DNA of 64,000 nt. Source: an uncultured Nitrospiraceae bacterium. GTDB taxonomy: Bacteria; Nitrospirota; Nitrospiria; Nitrospirales; Nitrospiraceae. The translations under genes were made by a program, and so were the position numbers. Below the pieces are notes generated by a model. The model did not search any database, had not been told where the DNA came from, and was given only the letters and a program-made list of their open reading frames with translations. Shown here one piece after another: positions 35,183 to 44,433 of the stretch. The first letter of the stretch is position 1; each line of letters begins with the position of its first letter. Location: positions 2,656,001 to 2,720,000 of the forward strand of contig CAWJWJ010000002.1 of assembly GCA_963846575.1 (NCBI GenBank). Direction: 5' to 3'.

Positions 35183-35710
35183 CTAAGCGTGCCCAACGAT
35201 CCGACTGACCAATCTCCGGCCTTTAGAGGAGCCATCTTGTGCCAAGAGTGACCGTCCCGGCGCCGTCACCTCAATCCGCCGAGGTTTGGGCCTTTCGGAC
35301 TTCGGGCAAGACAGGCGCAACATCCCATTGGCGTATTCCGCTCGCACCCTGCGTTCGTCGGCCTCAGCAGGAAGCGCAAATCGTCTGACGAAGCGACCAT
35401 AGGTACGCTCGACCCGATGATGCGTTCGTCCCCTCTCCGCCTGTTCATGTCTCCGTTCTCCCTCAACTGAAAGCACTCCGTTCTCCACTGTCACCTTCAC
35501 GTCTTTTTTTTCGACTCCGGGGAGTTCCGCGTGGATCGTATACTCCGTGTCCGTTTCGCTGGCGTCCACCGTCGGGATCCAATCAGCAAGGGTCCTTCCT
35601 TCCATCGCGCGGTCGTCAAGCATACCCGCTCGTGGTCGCGCCATGATCTCGTCCAGTCTGTCAGACATCTCTTCCAACTCACGCAAGGGGTTCCATTTCA
35701 TCACGGCCAT
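35183..35710 (-). CDS. Hsp20 small heat shock protein (copy 2, extended C-terminus)
   Basis: Clear paralog of 31777-32232 (WIPTVDASET, AELPGV, ERTYGRFVRRF); GGAGG RBS. Confidence 0.94.
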   Translation of the reverse strand: MAVMKWNPLRELEEMSDRLDEIMARPRAGMLDDRAMEGRTLADWIPTVDASETDTEYTIHAELPGVEKKDVKVTVENGVLSVEGERRHEQAERGRTHHRVERTYGRFVRRFALPAEADERRVRAEYANGMLRLSCPKSERPKPRRIEVTAPGRSLLAQDGSSKGRRLVSRIVGHA

Positions 35711-35748
35711 GCTGCACCTCCTCTGTAGATAGGTAATGACCTACTGTG

Positions 35749-35792
35749 ACCTCTGCTATGGCGGAGGTGATTGCGGCAGGATACAAGTCAAG
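35749..35792 (-). promoter_or_regulatory. Conserved promoter element upstream of hsp20 copy 2
   Basis: Minus strand CTTG-N17-ATCACCT and ACCTCCGCCATAGCAGAGGT. Confidence 0.6.
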
Positions 35793-36108
35793 GGAGGCAA
35801 GATAGCCCCTTCCAGGCCCAGACCGGAGAGTTTGACGTGATGGCTGGAAGTCGCGTCTCATCAGGACGATCCTCGGAATATCTCGCCTCCGCGACAGTCA
35901 TTCGTGCGCCAGGGAATTTCCTGTCGTGCCGACGTCAGCCTGTCGAGGATCGCGCAACACCCATTCACATCCGAGTGGGCATAAGCCTGTGCCGGGCCGT
36001 TCAGCTCATGGTGGGTCGCACAATATCGTCAAGGGTTCCTACGAGCTTTACTACGCTCTGGAAAATTGTAGGCTGTTTTTTGTGCTGGTCCTGAGAATGT
36101 ACTGTCGC

Positions 36109-36588
36109 ATGTCCGAGCCATCCACCCCTGCCGCTCGAATCTTGAAGCTGTTGTCCGATGACCACAGGGTCATCAGGACACTCTTCGAACAATTCCAGGC
36201 GGCGTCGTTGGAAGCCCGGGGGGCTCTTGTCCTCAGAGCGATTCACCGGTTCCAAGCCCATGCCGAGCTTGAGGAAAGATTCATTTACCCAGCCATTCAC
36301 AGGGCGGTTGGCGGGCCGAGGTGCATGATGCAAGCCGTGGAGGATCATCGTTCCATCCGTCGGGCCATCAGGAGGTTGATGAGGCTGAGTCCAAGCGATG
36401 CGAGATGTCAGGCTTCATTCTCCGCATTGGGCGAGCAGATCGGGCGTCATATTGACGAAGAAGAACGGGACCTCCTGCCGCGGGCCGCGAGAACTTGCCT
36501 CAATTGGGAAGTGCTGGAGGCACAAGTGCTCGCCTACAAGCAGGTGTCCGAGGGCAGACGCACCAGAAAGAGACCTGTCTTATTGTAA
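36109..36588 (+). CDS. Hemerythrin-like (HHE) domain protein
   Basis: LLSDDHRVI, HAELEERFIYPA, EDHRSI, HIDEEE. Confidence 0.88.
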   Translation: MSEPSTPAARILKLLSDDHRVIRTLFEQFQAASLEARGALVLRAIHRFQAHAELEERFIYPAIHRAVGGPRCMMQAVEDHRSIRRAIRRLMRLSPSDARCQASFSALGEQIGRHIDEEERDLLPRAARTCLNWEVLEAQVLAYKQVSEGRRTRKRPVLL

Positions 36589-36713
36589 ACAGACACTGCG
36601 GTCCGCTCCTGGTTCTGGGAGTGTCATGGTCGGTACTCCCATAGAGGAGATCAATCACAACGGTACGCGGGCGAGTGCTTCTCGTCTCGGGCCAACAGGG
36701 AAGGGGGAACTGC

Positions 36714-37466
36714 TTGAAGACGACAACGAACGGGTTTTCCGCCAATCGCATTCTGGCCCTGCTGCCGCATCGGGAGGCCGAGGTGATTTTTCCCCACATG
36801 GAACTGATGGAAGTCCAATTAGGCGATATCATCGACCGGCCCGGAAAGCCGATCCAGTACCTGTTCTTTCCTCTCCGCGCCGCCATTAGTATCACCGACA
36901 TTCTGGATGAGGAGCATACGGTCGAAGTCAGTCTCAGCGGACCCGAGGGTTGTAGCGGCGCATCGGTAGTGCAAGGCAACGATCAAGCCGTCTGTATGGC
37001 GCTGGTTCAAATCGGTGGCTCCACGGCCCGGCTCCCGGCCTCGGTATTGCTGTCCGAGCTATCTCGCCTGCCCTATCTACAAGGAGCGCTCCAGCGATAC
37101 AACGTCCTGCTGCTGCGCCATGCGGTGGTGTCCGTGGGATGCAACCGGTTCCATTCCCACCGTCAACGTCTTGCCCGCTGGTTAACATCCCATTGGGACC
37201 GGACGGGGCTGGAGACGTTCCCCTTTACCATGGACTTCCTCGCGGCCCAGGTGGGGGTCGACCGGAATACGGCCAGTGAAGTAATCGCGGACCTGGAAGC
37301 GCAGCGGATTGTCGCCAAGCGCCACCATGCCGTTACGATCACGGATCACGAAGGGCTGACCGCCGCCTGCTGTGAATGCTTTGCCGTCTCCAAGGAAGCC
37401 ACGAGCCACTATCTGGAGGGCCTACAAGACCTTGCGCGCGCGCATGGCGACGCGTCCTCGACGTAA
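36714..37466 (+). CDS. Crp/Fnr-family transcriptional regulator
   Basis: NRILALLP, CNRFHS..RLARWL, HTH region FLAAQVGVDR, CCECF; TTG start after GGGGGA. Confidence 0.9.
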   Translation: MKTTTNGFSANRILALLPHREAEVIFPHMELMEVQLGDIIDRPGKPIQYLFFPLRAAISITDILDEEHTVEVSLSGPEGCSGASVVQGNDQAVCMALVQIGGSTARLPASVLLSELSRLPYLQGALQRYNVLLLRHAVVSVGCNRFHSHRQRLARWLTSHWDRTGLETFPFTMDFLAAQVGVDRNTASEVIADLEAQRIVAKRHHAVTITDHEGLTAACCECFAVSKEATSHYLEGLQDLARAHGDASST

Positions 37467-37851
37467 CGATGCCGATGCGCAGAACAGGGAAGCCAAGATG
37501 CCCTGTCCGTGAGACCATCTGCGCTTCCTCAAATGCGGTTGATGAGTCCCCAGGGACGTAACCAGGCATCCTGGATAAAAAGCAGAACTAGGCTATCGAG
37601 CGAGGCATCCCAGGCCAGTCAACGCGAACGGATATGGAACTGCATACAGGGCACACATAATGGGGCGCCGCACAGCGGGTCGGACATTCACAGGTTGGCG
37701 GGGACGATGCGCGTAAAGCCACTGAGTCAGGATCGCCGTCGTCGGCTTGAATGGTGGCGACGTAACCAAGGCGATCGAACCGGCAGGGAACTTCAACGGT
37801 CGACCGGGGGGAATAGGAAGATCGGTAGCGTCTCGCTGGAGGCACTGTGTG

Positions 37852-38157
37852 ATGAGCCTTCAAATTGATGTCAATACGATCACCCGCATGCTCTTGAAAG
37901 ATGGTGCCTGGTATGAAGTATTGCCCGGCTCGCTGACAATGGAGGCTTTGGAGTGGACGGATGGTTAAGGCCTCGTGATCGCAACCGGAGACATTGCGGT
38001 ACTTCCCCCGATGGGTGTCCGGTTCAAGACGCGGGGGATTACCGGATGGATGTCCTGCCCGCTTATGTCAATCCTGGCCGTACAGTATGAGCCCATCGAA
38101 ATGGAAGATCCGCTCGGGATCAACGTGCCCGCTGCCTTAGCAGATGAATTCGACTAA
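37852..38157 (+). pseudogene. Small hypothetical gene interrupted by one in-frame TAA
   Basis: GGAGG RBS, MSLQIDVNTITRMLLKDGAWYEV..WTDG*GLVIATG..CPLMSILAVQYE in a single frame; stop at 37966-37968. Confidence 0.6.
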
Positions 38158-38240
38158 CCTCGATGACAGGGGACGCGAGAACAAAACTGTCGTCACGGAC
38201 CCGCCTCGATCAACTGGAATTCTGACCACGGGGAAATGAC

Positions 38241-38369
38241 ATGACCACGAGATTCTGGTGGATTCTTCTGGCTGTTGCAGTTGGCGCGCTCGTCGCGGCA
38301 GGGATGCTCTCCCGGCTCTATGTCGGACAGCAGGTACCGCCCGAAGTGGAACGTCTCGCACCACGGTGA
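38241..38369 (+). CDS. 42-aa single-pass membrane microprotein
   Basis: GGGGA RBS; MTTRFWWILLAVAVGALVAAGMLSRLYVGQQVPPEVERLAPR*. Confidence 0.6.
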   Translation: MTTRFWWILLAVAVGALVAAGMLSRLYVGQQVPPEVERLAPR

Positions 38370-38675
38370 TACTGACACTCCCAAGTCTTCTCGAGACCTT
38401 CTCGACGCGAAGTTTATTGACGCCCCGGCACTGCCCAGGCCATCCTCCAGACCGTGAATTCCGTTTCCTGCGGCCCGGCCCCCTACGCGAGGGGCTACCC
38501 AAGCTGGCACGATAGGGCCAGAGCCAGGATAAGTCATGCCGCATGCCTACGCCTCGAGGGGCCCTACGGGGCGATGCTCAAAAACACCGTGGCATTGCCG
38601 CGATCGATGAGCAGAAGGACCGGCTTCCTCGGGGTCGGTGTAGCCGTGAGCCGTTCGCCGGTTCGCGCAGAGTGG

Positions 38676-38858
38676 CTAGTTTTGAGACATCGACCCTTTG
38701 ACGCTCTGGCAATGCTTGAGGAGTTTTTCTAAATAGAACTCGACCACTTTGGTTTCTTCGTGAGTCAGGGGAGGTTGGAGAAGAATGGGAGACAACAGCG
38801 TTTCGCAGTCGAGGATGAATGCCCGGATTTCCGGCCTATACAGGTCGTCGCCGATCAT
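38676..38858 (-). CDS. Small hypothetical protein, 60 aa
   Basis: GGGGGA RBS; IRAFILDCETLLS..LTHEETKVVEFY. Confidence 0.65.
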   Translation of the reverse strand: MIGDDLYRPEIRAFILDCETLLSPILLQPPLTHEETKVVEFYLEKLLKHCQSVKGSMSQN

Positions 38859-39353
38859 GGTGAATCCCCCATTGAGCCTTAGGTGCGATGTTTCTGCGGG
38901 TGGTGGTCTGAAGAGCCATAGGGTACGTCTTAGGTGCAGCGAAGTCCATGGGACATATGTGCTGGTGCGGCCCTAGTGGTTTCCACTGTAGACGATAGCA
39001 ACAATCATGTCGTCCTACGCGAACATGCGGTGCAGGCACAGCAGAGAATAGATAGCCGATGACGCCAGAACTCTCCACCTCAGCCAACTATTCAGGTTTC
39101 ACGTCCGGCTGTTTCTCCTTCTTCGCAGTTCGATGCGATCGTGGCCCGAGGCTTCTATCCGCCGGCACATGTGCAGATGAGCGGTCGGCAAATTGTAGAT
39201 GTCGCTCACAAACGCTCCGTCCTCCACGTTGTTCTCCAGTCGAGCTCAGTCAGGCCGCCTTTCTCCTCACACCTATATTCAGCCCTGGTTCAGAAGTCCT
39301 GTTTTTCGGAATCACGCCCGAGCCCTGATGAAGGTCCTTGCATCCGCTATGGC

Positions 39354-39369
39354 ATAGGGTCCTCCCTAG
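39354..39369. promoter_or_regulatory. TAGG-N6-CCTAG box
   Basis: ATAGGGTCCTCCCTAG about 130 nt before ATG 39501. Confidence 0.5.
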
Positions 39370-39500
39370 TAGGAGGAGAGCCCGAGGTCCCGCAGAATGG
39401 CACCATCTTCTGCGTAGATATTCAAGGAACTGCGTCAAAAGTGGGACGATTCCCGTTTCATGTCGAATCCGGCCCGCTTTCGCTCACAAGGAGGAACGTT

Positions 39501-39992
39501 ATGCGATCTCCGGTAGTCATTGGATTGGCTGTGTTGGTGTCAGGATGCACGATGTGGTCGAATAAACCCACAGTCCCAGAGACCAGTCGAACCGCGGTCG
39601 TGCATGACGTGCACGTGTCATTGACGGACATCAATCCCGTTGAGCTGCGGGCCAACGTTGGAGATGAAGTGCGATTTATCAATGATAAAACGCAGCCCAT
39701 TCGCATCGTACTCATTGAAGCGGGCAAAAGCATTGCCTGCAACAAAGGTTTCAATGGAACGATCGATCAGGAAGCCGACATTAAACCAGGGCAATATGCA
39801 GGGTTTTGCTTCAGCCGGACGGGAACTGTCAGATACATGGCTCGAGATCAAACGGCTGTGACCGGCGGCGAGGTTGTGCTGCCCGCACAAATATTAGTGG
39901 GATCTGGCATAAGCCGTCCCACCCGTACCGAAAGCGTCCTGCCATTCGGGCGGTCCGAGGAGGAGAATTCAACGGGGTCACCGCAAAGATAA
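39501..39992 (+). CDS. Lipoprotein with cupredoxin-like fold
   Basis: AAGGAGG RBS, lipobox VSGC, PVELRANVGDEVRFIN, FCFSRTGTVRY; no canonical Cu ligand set evident. Confidence 0.8.
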   Translation: MRSPVVIGLAVLVSGCTMWSNKPTVPETSRTAVVHDVHVSLTDINPVELRANVGDEVRFINDKTQPIRIVLIEAGKSIACNKGFNGTIDQEADIKPGQYAGFCFSRTGTVRYMARDQTAVTGGEVVLPAQILVGSGISRPTRTESVLPFGRSEEENSTGSPQR

Positions 39993-40247
39993 ACTCTCGC
40001 TCATCGGCATTGGCACTCCTGCAGAAATAGGGAAGGCGAGACATCTATGCAGCGGCTCACCTTCCTTCTTCATCCCGGCTTCACGTGAACACCGTGAACA
40101 GCCCGGATTGCGCTCCCGGGAACCAATATGACTTAGCACCCGGCGGGCAAGTCGTCGTCGTCCGTTTACGCTCATCAGGAGCGAGGATCAGACGCGTCGG
40201 ATCATCCGCCGGAGTTGCTTCCGGAATGGCCTCCAGGAAGCGCCGGG

Positions 40248-40424
40248 TTACGCTTTCTTCCGGGGGACCTTCTTGCCCTTCTTCCTGGCTTCCGACAAAC
40301 CAATCGCGATGGCCTGCTTGCGGCTTTTCACTTTTTTTCCGCTTCCGCTTTTCAATGTCCCCTTCTTGCGTTTATGCATGGCCTGCTTGACAGTTTTCTG
40401 AGCACCCTCGCTATATCGGGCCAT
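40248..40424 (-). CDS. Highly basic 58-aa DUF6496-like protein (below ORF-track cutoff)
   Basis: GAGGAGG RBS; MARYSEGAQKTVKQAMHKRKKGTLKSGSGKKVKSRKQAIAIGLSEARKKGKKVPRKKA*. Confidence 0.85.
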   Translation of the reverse strand: MARYSEGAQKTVKQAMHKRKKGTLKSGSGKKVKSRKQAIAIGLSEARKKGKKVPRKKA

Positions 40425-40442
40425 CTCTTCCTCCTCACCAGG

Positions 40443-40877
40443 TTACCGTTGGGTCCGTGAAGGATCTGAGACATTGTGCAATACAGCCCCTGACGTCTGA
40501 GTATCCAGACCGTCCACGCTGAGATCGCCGAAAGATATGATCCCGACCAGTTGTTTCTCTCTGGAAAGCACGGGCAAGCGACGGATCTGCTTATCAGCCA
40601 TAATTTTGGCGGCTGCTTCTGCGTCCTCATCCTCAAAGCAGTAGACTACGTCCCGCGTCATTGCGTCACTGACGGTCGCCTGTGCGGGATCGCGGCCCGC
40701 TGCAACGACCCTTACCACGAGATCCCGATCAGTCACCATACCCAGCAAACGCTCACTCTCACAGACAGGAATCGCCCCGACATCCAGTTCCTTCATTTTG
40801 CGAGCCGCATCCGCAGCGGTTGCGGTCGGCGACAGGGTCTCCACGCTCGGTGTCATGATGGCATTAAGTAGTGGCAT
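40443..40877 (-). CDS. CBS-domain protein
   Basis: AAGGAGG RBS; VGAIPV, GMVTDRDL, QIRRLPV, GIISFGDL. Confidence 0.93.
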   Translation of the reverse strand: MPLLNAIMTPSVETLSPTATAADAARKMKELDVGAIPVCESERLLGMVTDRDLVVRVVAAGRDPAQATVSDAMTRDVVYCFEDEDAEAAAKIMADKQIRRLPVLSREKQLVGIISFGDLSVDGLDTQTSGAVLHNVSDPSRTQR

Positions 40878-41082
40878 GGGGCTCCTCCTTAATGTTTCCG
40901 GCTGAGATTCCAAAGCTCGAATCTAAATTATCACCTGTGGATCGGCAGTCCACTGGGCGAAGCCCTTGCGAATATGGCGCGCCTGCGGGTGCTGCCCACT
41001 GCTGAAGCAGCTTCCCGATCAGAGGGGACTCTGTGCGCCTGGCGAGCGTGCACAGCACGATCCCATCCCTTCAATCGCCGGG

Positions 41083-41250
41083 TTACCATCCTGCTTCTGC
41101 GAAGGTAGTTTGTTCCATGATCTGACGGATAGTTTCCAGATGTTCCCTTTCCTCTGAGAGAGCAATCATAAACTTCTCAGCCATATCGGTCTGACCCATT
41201 TCTCGGGCTAACTTGATCAACAGATCCCAACCATCCCGATCCGTGAGTTC
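41083..41250 (-). pseudogene. C-terminal relic of a ferritin-like protein
   Basis: ELTDRDGWDLLIKLAREMGQTDMAEKFMIALSEEREHLETIRQ..GW* with ExxH; preceded by an in-frame stop, no start. Confidence 0.6.
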
Positions 41251-41441
41251 TCATTGGCAGTGTTACTCTTCTGAAGCGCTCCGATGCGGCGGGGCAGCAC
41301 CAGCAAATGACCTTTGTCTCAGGCAGACAATTTGTCATCGGACCTCACAAACACGAAGGCAGGAAGCTCCGGTGACCCTCCTGCCTACGTAACTGCCATC
41401 TCGTGACTGAGGCGCAGAACCCCACCCTCATCCTTATGGAT

Positions 41442-41774
41442 TCAACTGGGCAGCTTCAGGGTATTGTTGTTGAGATACGCAACCGGCGCCGAAAGGACCC
41501 AGTGAACGATGTCACTCTCTTTTAAAGCTCTTTCGAGTTCGCTCCTTGTACGCCGGGTGTCTAGCAGTAAGTCCATGCCGATCTGAACAGTACATTTGAA
41601 CGTTCCGCCTTGAAAGAGATGCAACGTGCGGTCCACATTGGTCCGGGAACCATCTTCGATACGCCAGTCCGGGAAGGTCTGGGACAAATACTGACGAATT
41701 AAACCAATTTTCTCTGCTTCACTATTCATGTCGGACCCGTCGCCATCCATCCGGTTATGGGGTGGCATCGTCAT
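41442..41774 (-). CDS. Hypothetical protein
   Basis: 110-aa ORF overlapping the end of the upstream gene; globular composition. Confidence 0.55.
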   Translation of the reverse strand: MTMPPHNRMDGDGSDMNSEAEKIGLIRQYLSQTFPDWRIEDGSRTNVDRTLHLFQGGTFKCTVQIGMDLLLDTRRTRSELERALKESDIVHWVLSAPVAYLNNNTLKLPS

Positions 41775-42051
41775 GACCTGGCCGCGGCTTCACGACAGTG
41801 GGAGGTGAATTCAGGGCGGAAATAGGATTCTGTCCGGCTTCCGACAGGCTGACGGTAAAATGGTGGCACTGTCGGCAGAGGGCTGAAAATGAGGAGGTTT
41901 TCGGATCGTAGCGCGTGTGAATATGGTCCTCCGGTATGTCTGCGTCTGGCGCGAGGAGGGACTCGTCTAACTCAATGGGTTTCCCGCATTCAGGATTCTC
42001 ACACGGGACAACGTTGGGTGACCTTGCGCTCGCACTCTCCTTTTCTCGCAT
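41755..42051 (-). CDS. Hypothetical zinc-ribbon-like protein
   Basis: GGAGGG RBS; CENPEC and CRQC. Confidence 0.6.
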   Translation of the reverse strand: MREKESASARSPNVVPCENPECGKPIELDESLLAPDADIPEDHIHTRYDPKTSSFSALCRQCHHFTVSLSEAGQNPISALNSPPTVVKPRPGHDDATP

Positions 42052-42725
42052 AGCTTCCCTCCTTCGTGTCGCAGCCTTCCGCCAGCCATGCGCCATCGGC
42101 ATGAGGCTGGCATCGGCATACGGTGCTCGTTATGCCGTACGAAGGACCCAAGCGAGTGAGTAACGCCGCCGACGCTTCCTGCCATGATCTTTTTCTGCGG
42201 GCCACGATCTCAACGCGCTGCGTCCATCCGTGGATCGGGCTCCTTTATATAAAAATGAATCACGTACCGGCCACTGGGTAATCCCCCTGCACCGTTCGTG
42301 GGCAAGTTACTGCCGGCCTGTTGTGACTATCCTCCGCTTCCCCTTACCGTGACCGCGCCAAACCCCCAGTAGACACATCGCCCTCGGGCTCGGGCCGTAA
42401 AGCACCGCTCTCCCATCGCCCCCATAGCGAACGCTAAGGTTGATCGATGGGGAGAGAGTAAGGCGCGAGAAGGGTCGCTAGGGACGACATCTACAACGGC
42501 AGAGAAACTCCGGCAACGCTGCCCGTGGACACTTTGAAGTTTGTTTCAGTGCGGCGTCGGAAGGCTGAATGTATAGGTACCCGGTGTTGCACATAGTGAA
42601 CATGATCCTGAAGTTCGGCCGCTTGCACCATGACCTAACCCATTGTGAAAGCCCGGCAGAGCTGCGGGTTTGATGTCGAAGAGGAAAGACACATGCCGGA
42701 CGAGTGAAGGCAGGCAGTGATCCAA

Positions 42726-44402
42726 TTACGGTGCGTCATGAGGAGGCATCTGATCGGCGGAATCACGGACCTCCGCAACGATGCCCTCATGGCCTTGCAA
42801 CGAGAGCTGGTCCTCGAACGGTTCACCGCGTCGCCTCAGCAGAGTAGAGAGCACGATGTGACCAGGCTGCTGAACTTTGACAGCGCGTGGGTGGGAAGAA
42901 AAATTGAGCACGATCAAGAAGCGGCGCTTTCCCCACTCACGGCGATAACACAGAATGTCGTCGGTGGCCCGTTCGAGCCGGTACGCCCCGAGCGTCAAGG
43001 CCTGCTCCGTGCGACGCAAGTCGATGAGCGATCGATAGAGGTGCAGGATGGAGTCGGGATCGTCGCGCTCCACTTGGACATTGACGGATTCAGCATCCGG
43101 CGAGAGCGGCAGCCAGGGCGTGCCCTTCGTAAATCCAGCCTGATCCGATGTGTCCCACTGCATCGGTGTCCGCGCTGGGTCCCGCCCTAGGCCGAAACCC
43201 GGCATGTTCTTCTCCCACGGATCCTGCACGTGATCCGGTGCGATCGGCACATCTGTCATGCCAAGCTCCTCGCCATAATAAATCGTGGGCGTGCCGCGGA
43301 GCGTGAGCAGCAGCATGGCTGCAATCCTCGTGTGGGCGCTGCCGATGCGCGTGGCGAGGCGGGATTTGTCGTGGTTACCTAACACCCAGTTCGGCCAGCC
43401 GTGAGGAGGCAGGGCCGCTTCGTAGGCCTCGATAGTCGCGCCGATGGTTTCCACCTGCCAGGGCACCTCGATCAGTTGAAAATTGAACGGCAAGTGGCAG
43501 CCATTGCCAGCAGCGCCATAGTACGTGACCAACCGTTCAATCGGCAGATAGACCTCTCCGATCATCAAACGATCGTCGTATTCGTCCAGGACGCGCCGCA
43601 TACCGCCAATGATGTCATGTACCTCCGGCCGATCCGTCGTATAGGTCGCCAATAACTCTCGATAGGGCCACTCGCCCGGACGGAATTGGGGATTGGGGGG
43701 GTTACTGCGAAACTGATCGTCTTTGACGAGATGCCAGATCACATCCACTCGGAACCCATCCACGCCGCGATCGAGCCAGAAACGGAGCACCTGGTGCATC
43801 GCGGCCTGCACCTCAGGATGCCGCCAATTCAAATCCGGCTGCTGCCTCAGATAGGCGTGATAATAGTACTGACCGGTGCGGGGATCGAGCTCCCACGCAC
43901 TGCCCCCGAAGGTGCTCAACCAATTGTTCGGGGGGCCGCCGTCAGCCGCCGGGGCTTTCCAAATGTACCAATCCCGTTTGGGATTCTCGCGCGACGAGCG
44001 GGACTCGATGAACCAGGGATGTTCGTCGGAGGTGTGGTTCGGCACCAGATCCAGAATGACCCGGATTCCTTGTGCATGCGCGGCGGCGAGCAACTCATCG
44101 AAGTCCTTCAAAGTCCCGAACATGGGATGGATATCCATGTAATCTGAGACATCGTACCCGAAGTCCGCCATCGGCGACGGATAGATGGGTGAAATCCAGA
44201 TGGCATCGATACCCAGCCAGCGCAGATAGTCGACACGTTCGATGATGCCGCGCAGGTCGCCGACGCCGTCGCCATTGTTGTCCGCAAATGAGCGAGGATA
44301 GATCTGATAGATCACACCGCTCTGCCACCAGGAGGAAAGTGGACAGGTTACATCCACGTCGCGGTTCGAGGCCCCTGGATTCTCGTTGCCGTCTCGTGTC
44401 AT
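42726..44402 (-). CDS. GH13 alpha-glucosidase/oligo-1,6-glucosidase
   Basis: WWQSGVIYQIYPRSF, DLVPNHTS, DGFRVDV, IGE, VLGNHD, YYGEELGM. Confidence 0.95.
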   Translation of the reverse strand: MTRDGNENPGASNRDVDVTCPLSSWWQSGVIYQIYPRSFADNNGDGVGDLRGIIERVDYLRWLGIDAIWISPIYPSPMADFGYDVSDYMDIHPMFGTLKDFDELLAAAHAQGIRVILDLVPNHTSDEHPWFIESRSSRENPKRDWYIWKAPAADGGPPNNWLSTFGGSAWELDPRTGQYYYHAYLRQQPDLNWRHPEVQAAMHQVLRFWLDRGVDGFRVDVIWHLVKDDQFRSNPPNPQFRPGEWPYRELLATYTTDRPEVHDIIGGMRRVLDEYDDRLMIGEVYLPIERLVTYYGAAGNGCHLPFNFQLIEVPWQVETIGATIEAYEAALPPHGWPNWVLGNHDKSRLATRIGSAHTRIAAMLLLTLRGTPTIYYGEELGMTDVPIAPDHVQDPWEKNMPGFGLGRDPARTPMQWDTSDQAGFTKGTPWLPLSPDAESVNVQVERDDPDSILHLYRSLIDLRRTEQALTLGAYRLERATDDILCYRREWGKRRFLIVLNFSSHPRAVKVQQPGHIVLSTLLRRRGEPFEDQLSLQGHEGIVAEVRDSADQMPPHDAP

Positions 44403-44433
44403 GCGTCCCCTGCGCTGCTCGAGGAACAGTCCA

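Noticed and set aside
39395..39410. sigma54 promoter TGGCACCATCTTCTGC
   Set aside because: GG to GC spacing is 11 nt, not the required 10.
42408..42458. Nested inverted repeats as a possible ncRNA
   Set aside because: Imperfect stems and no recognisable family; an Rfam or covariation search would be needed.
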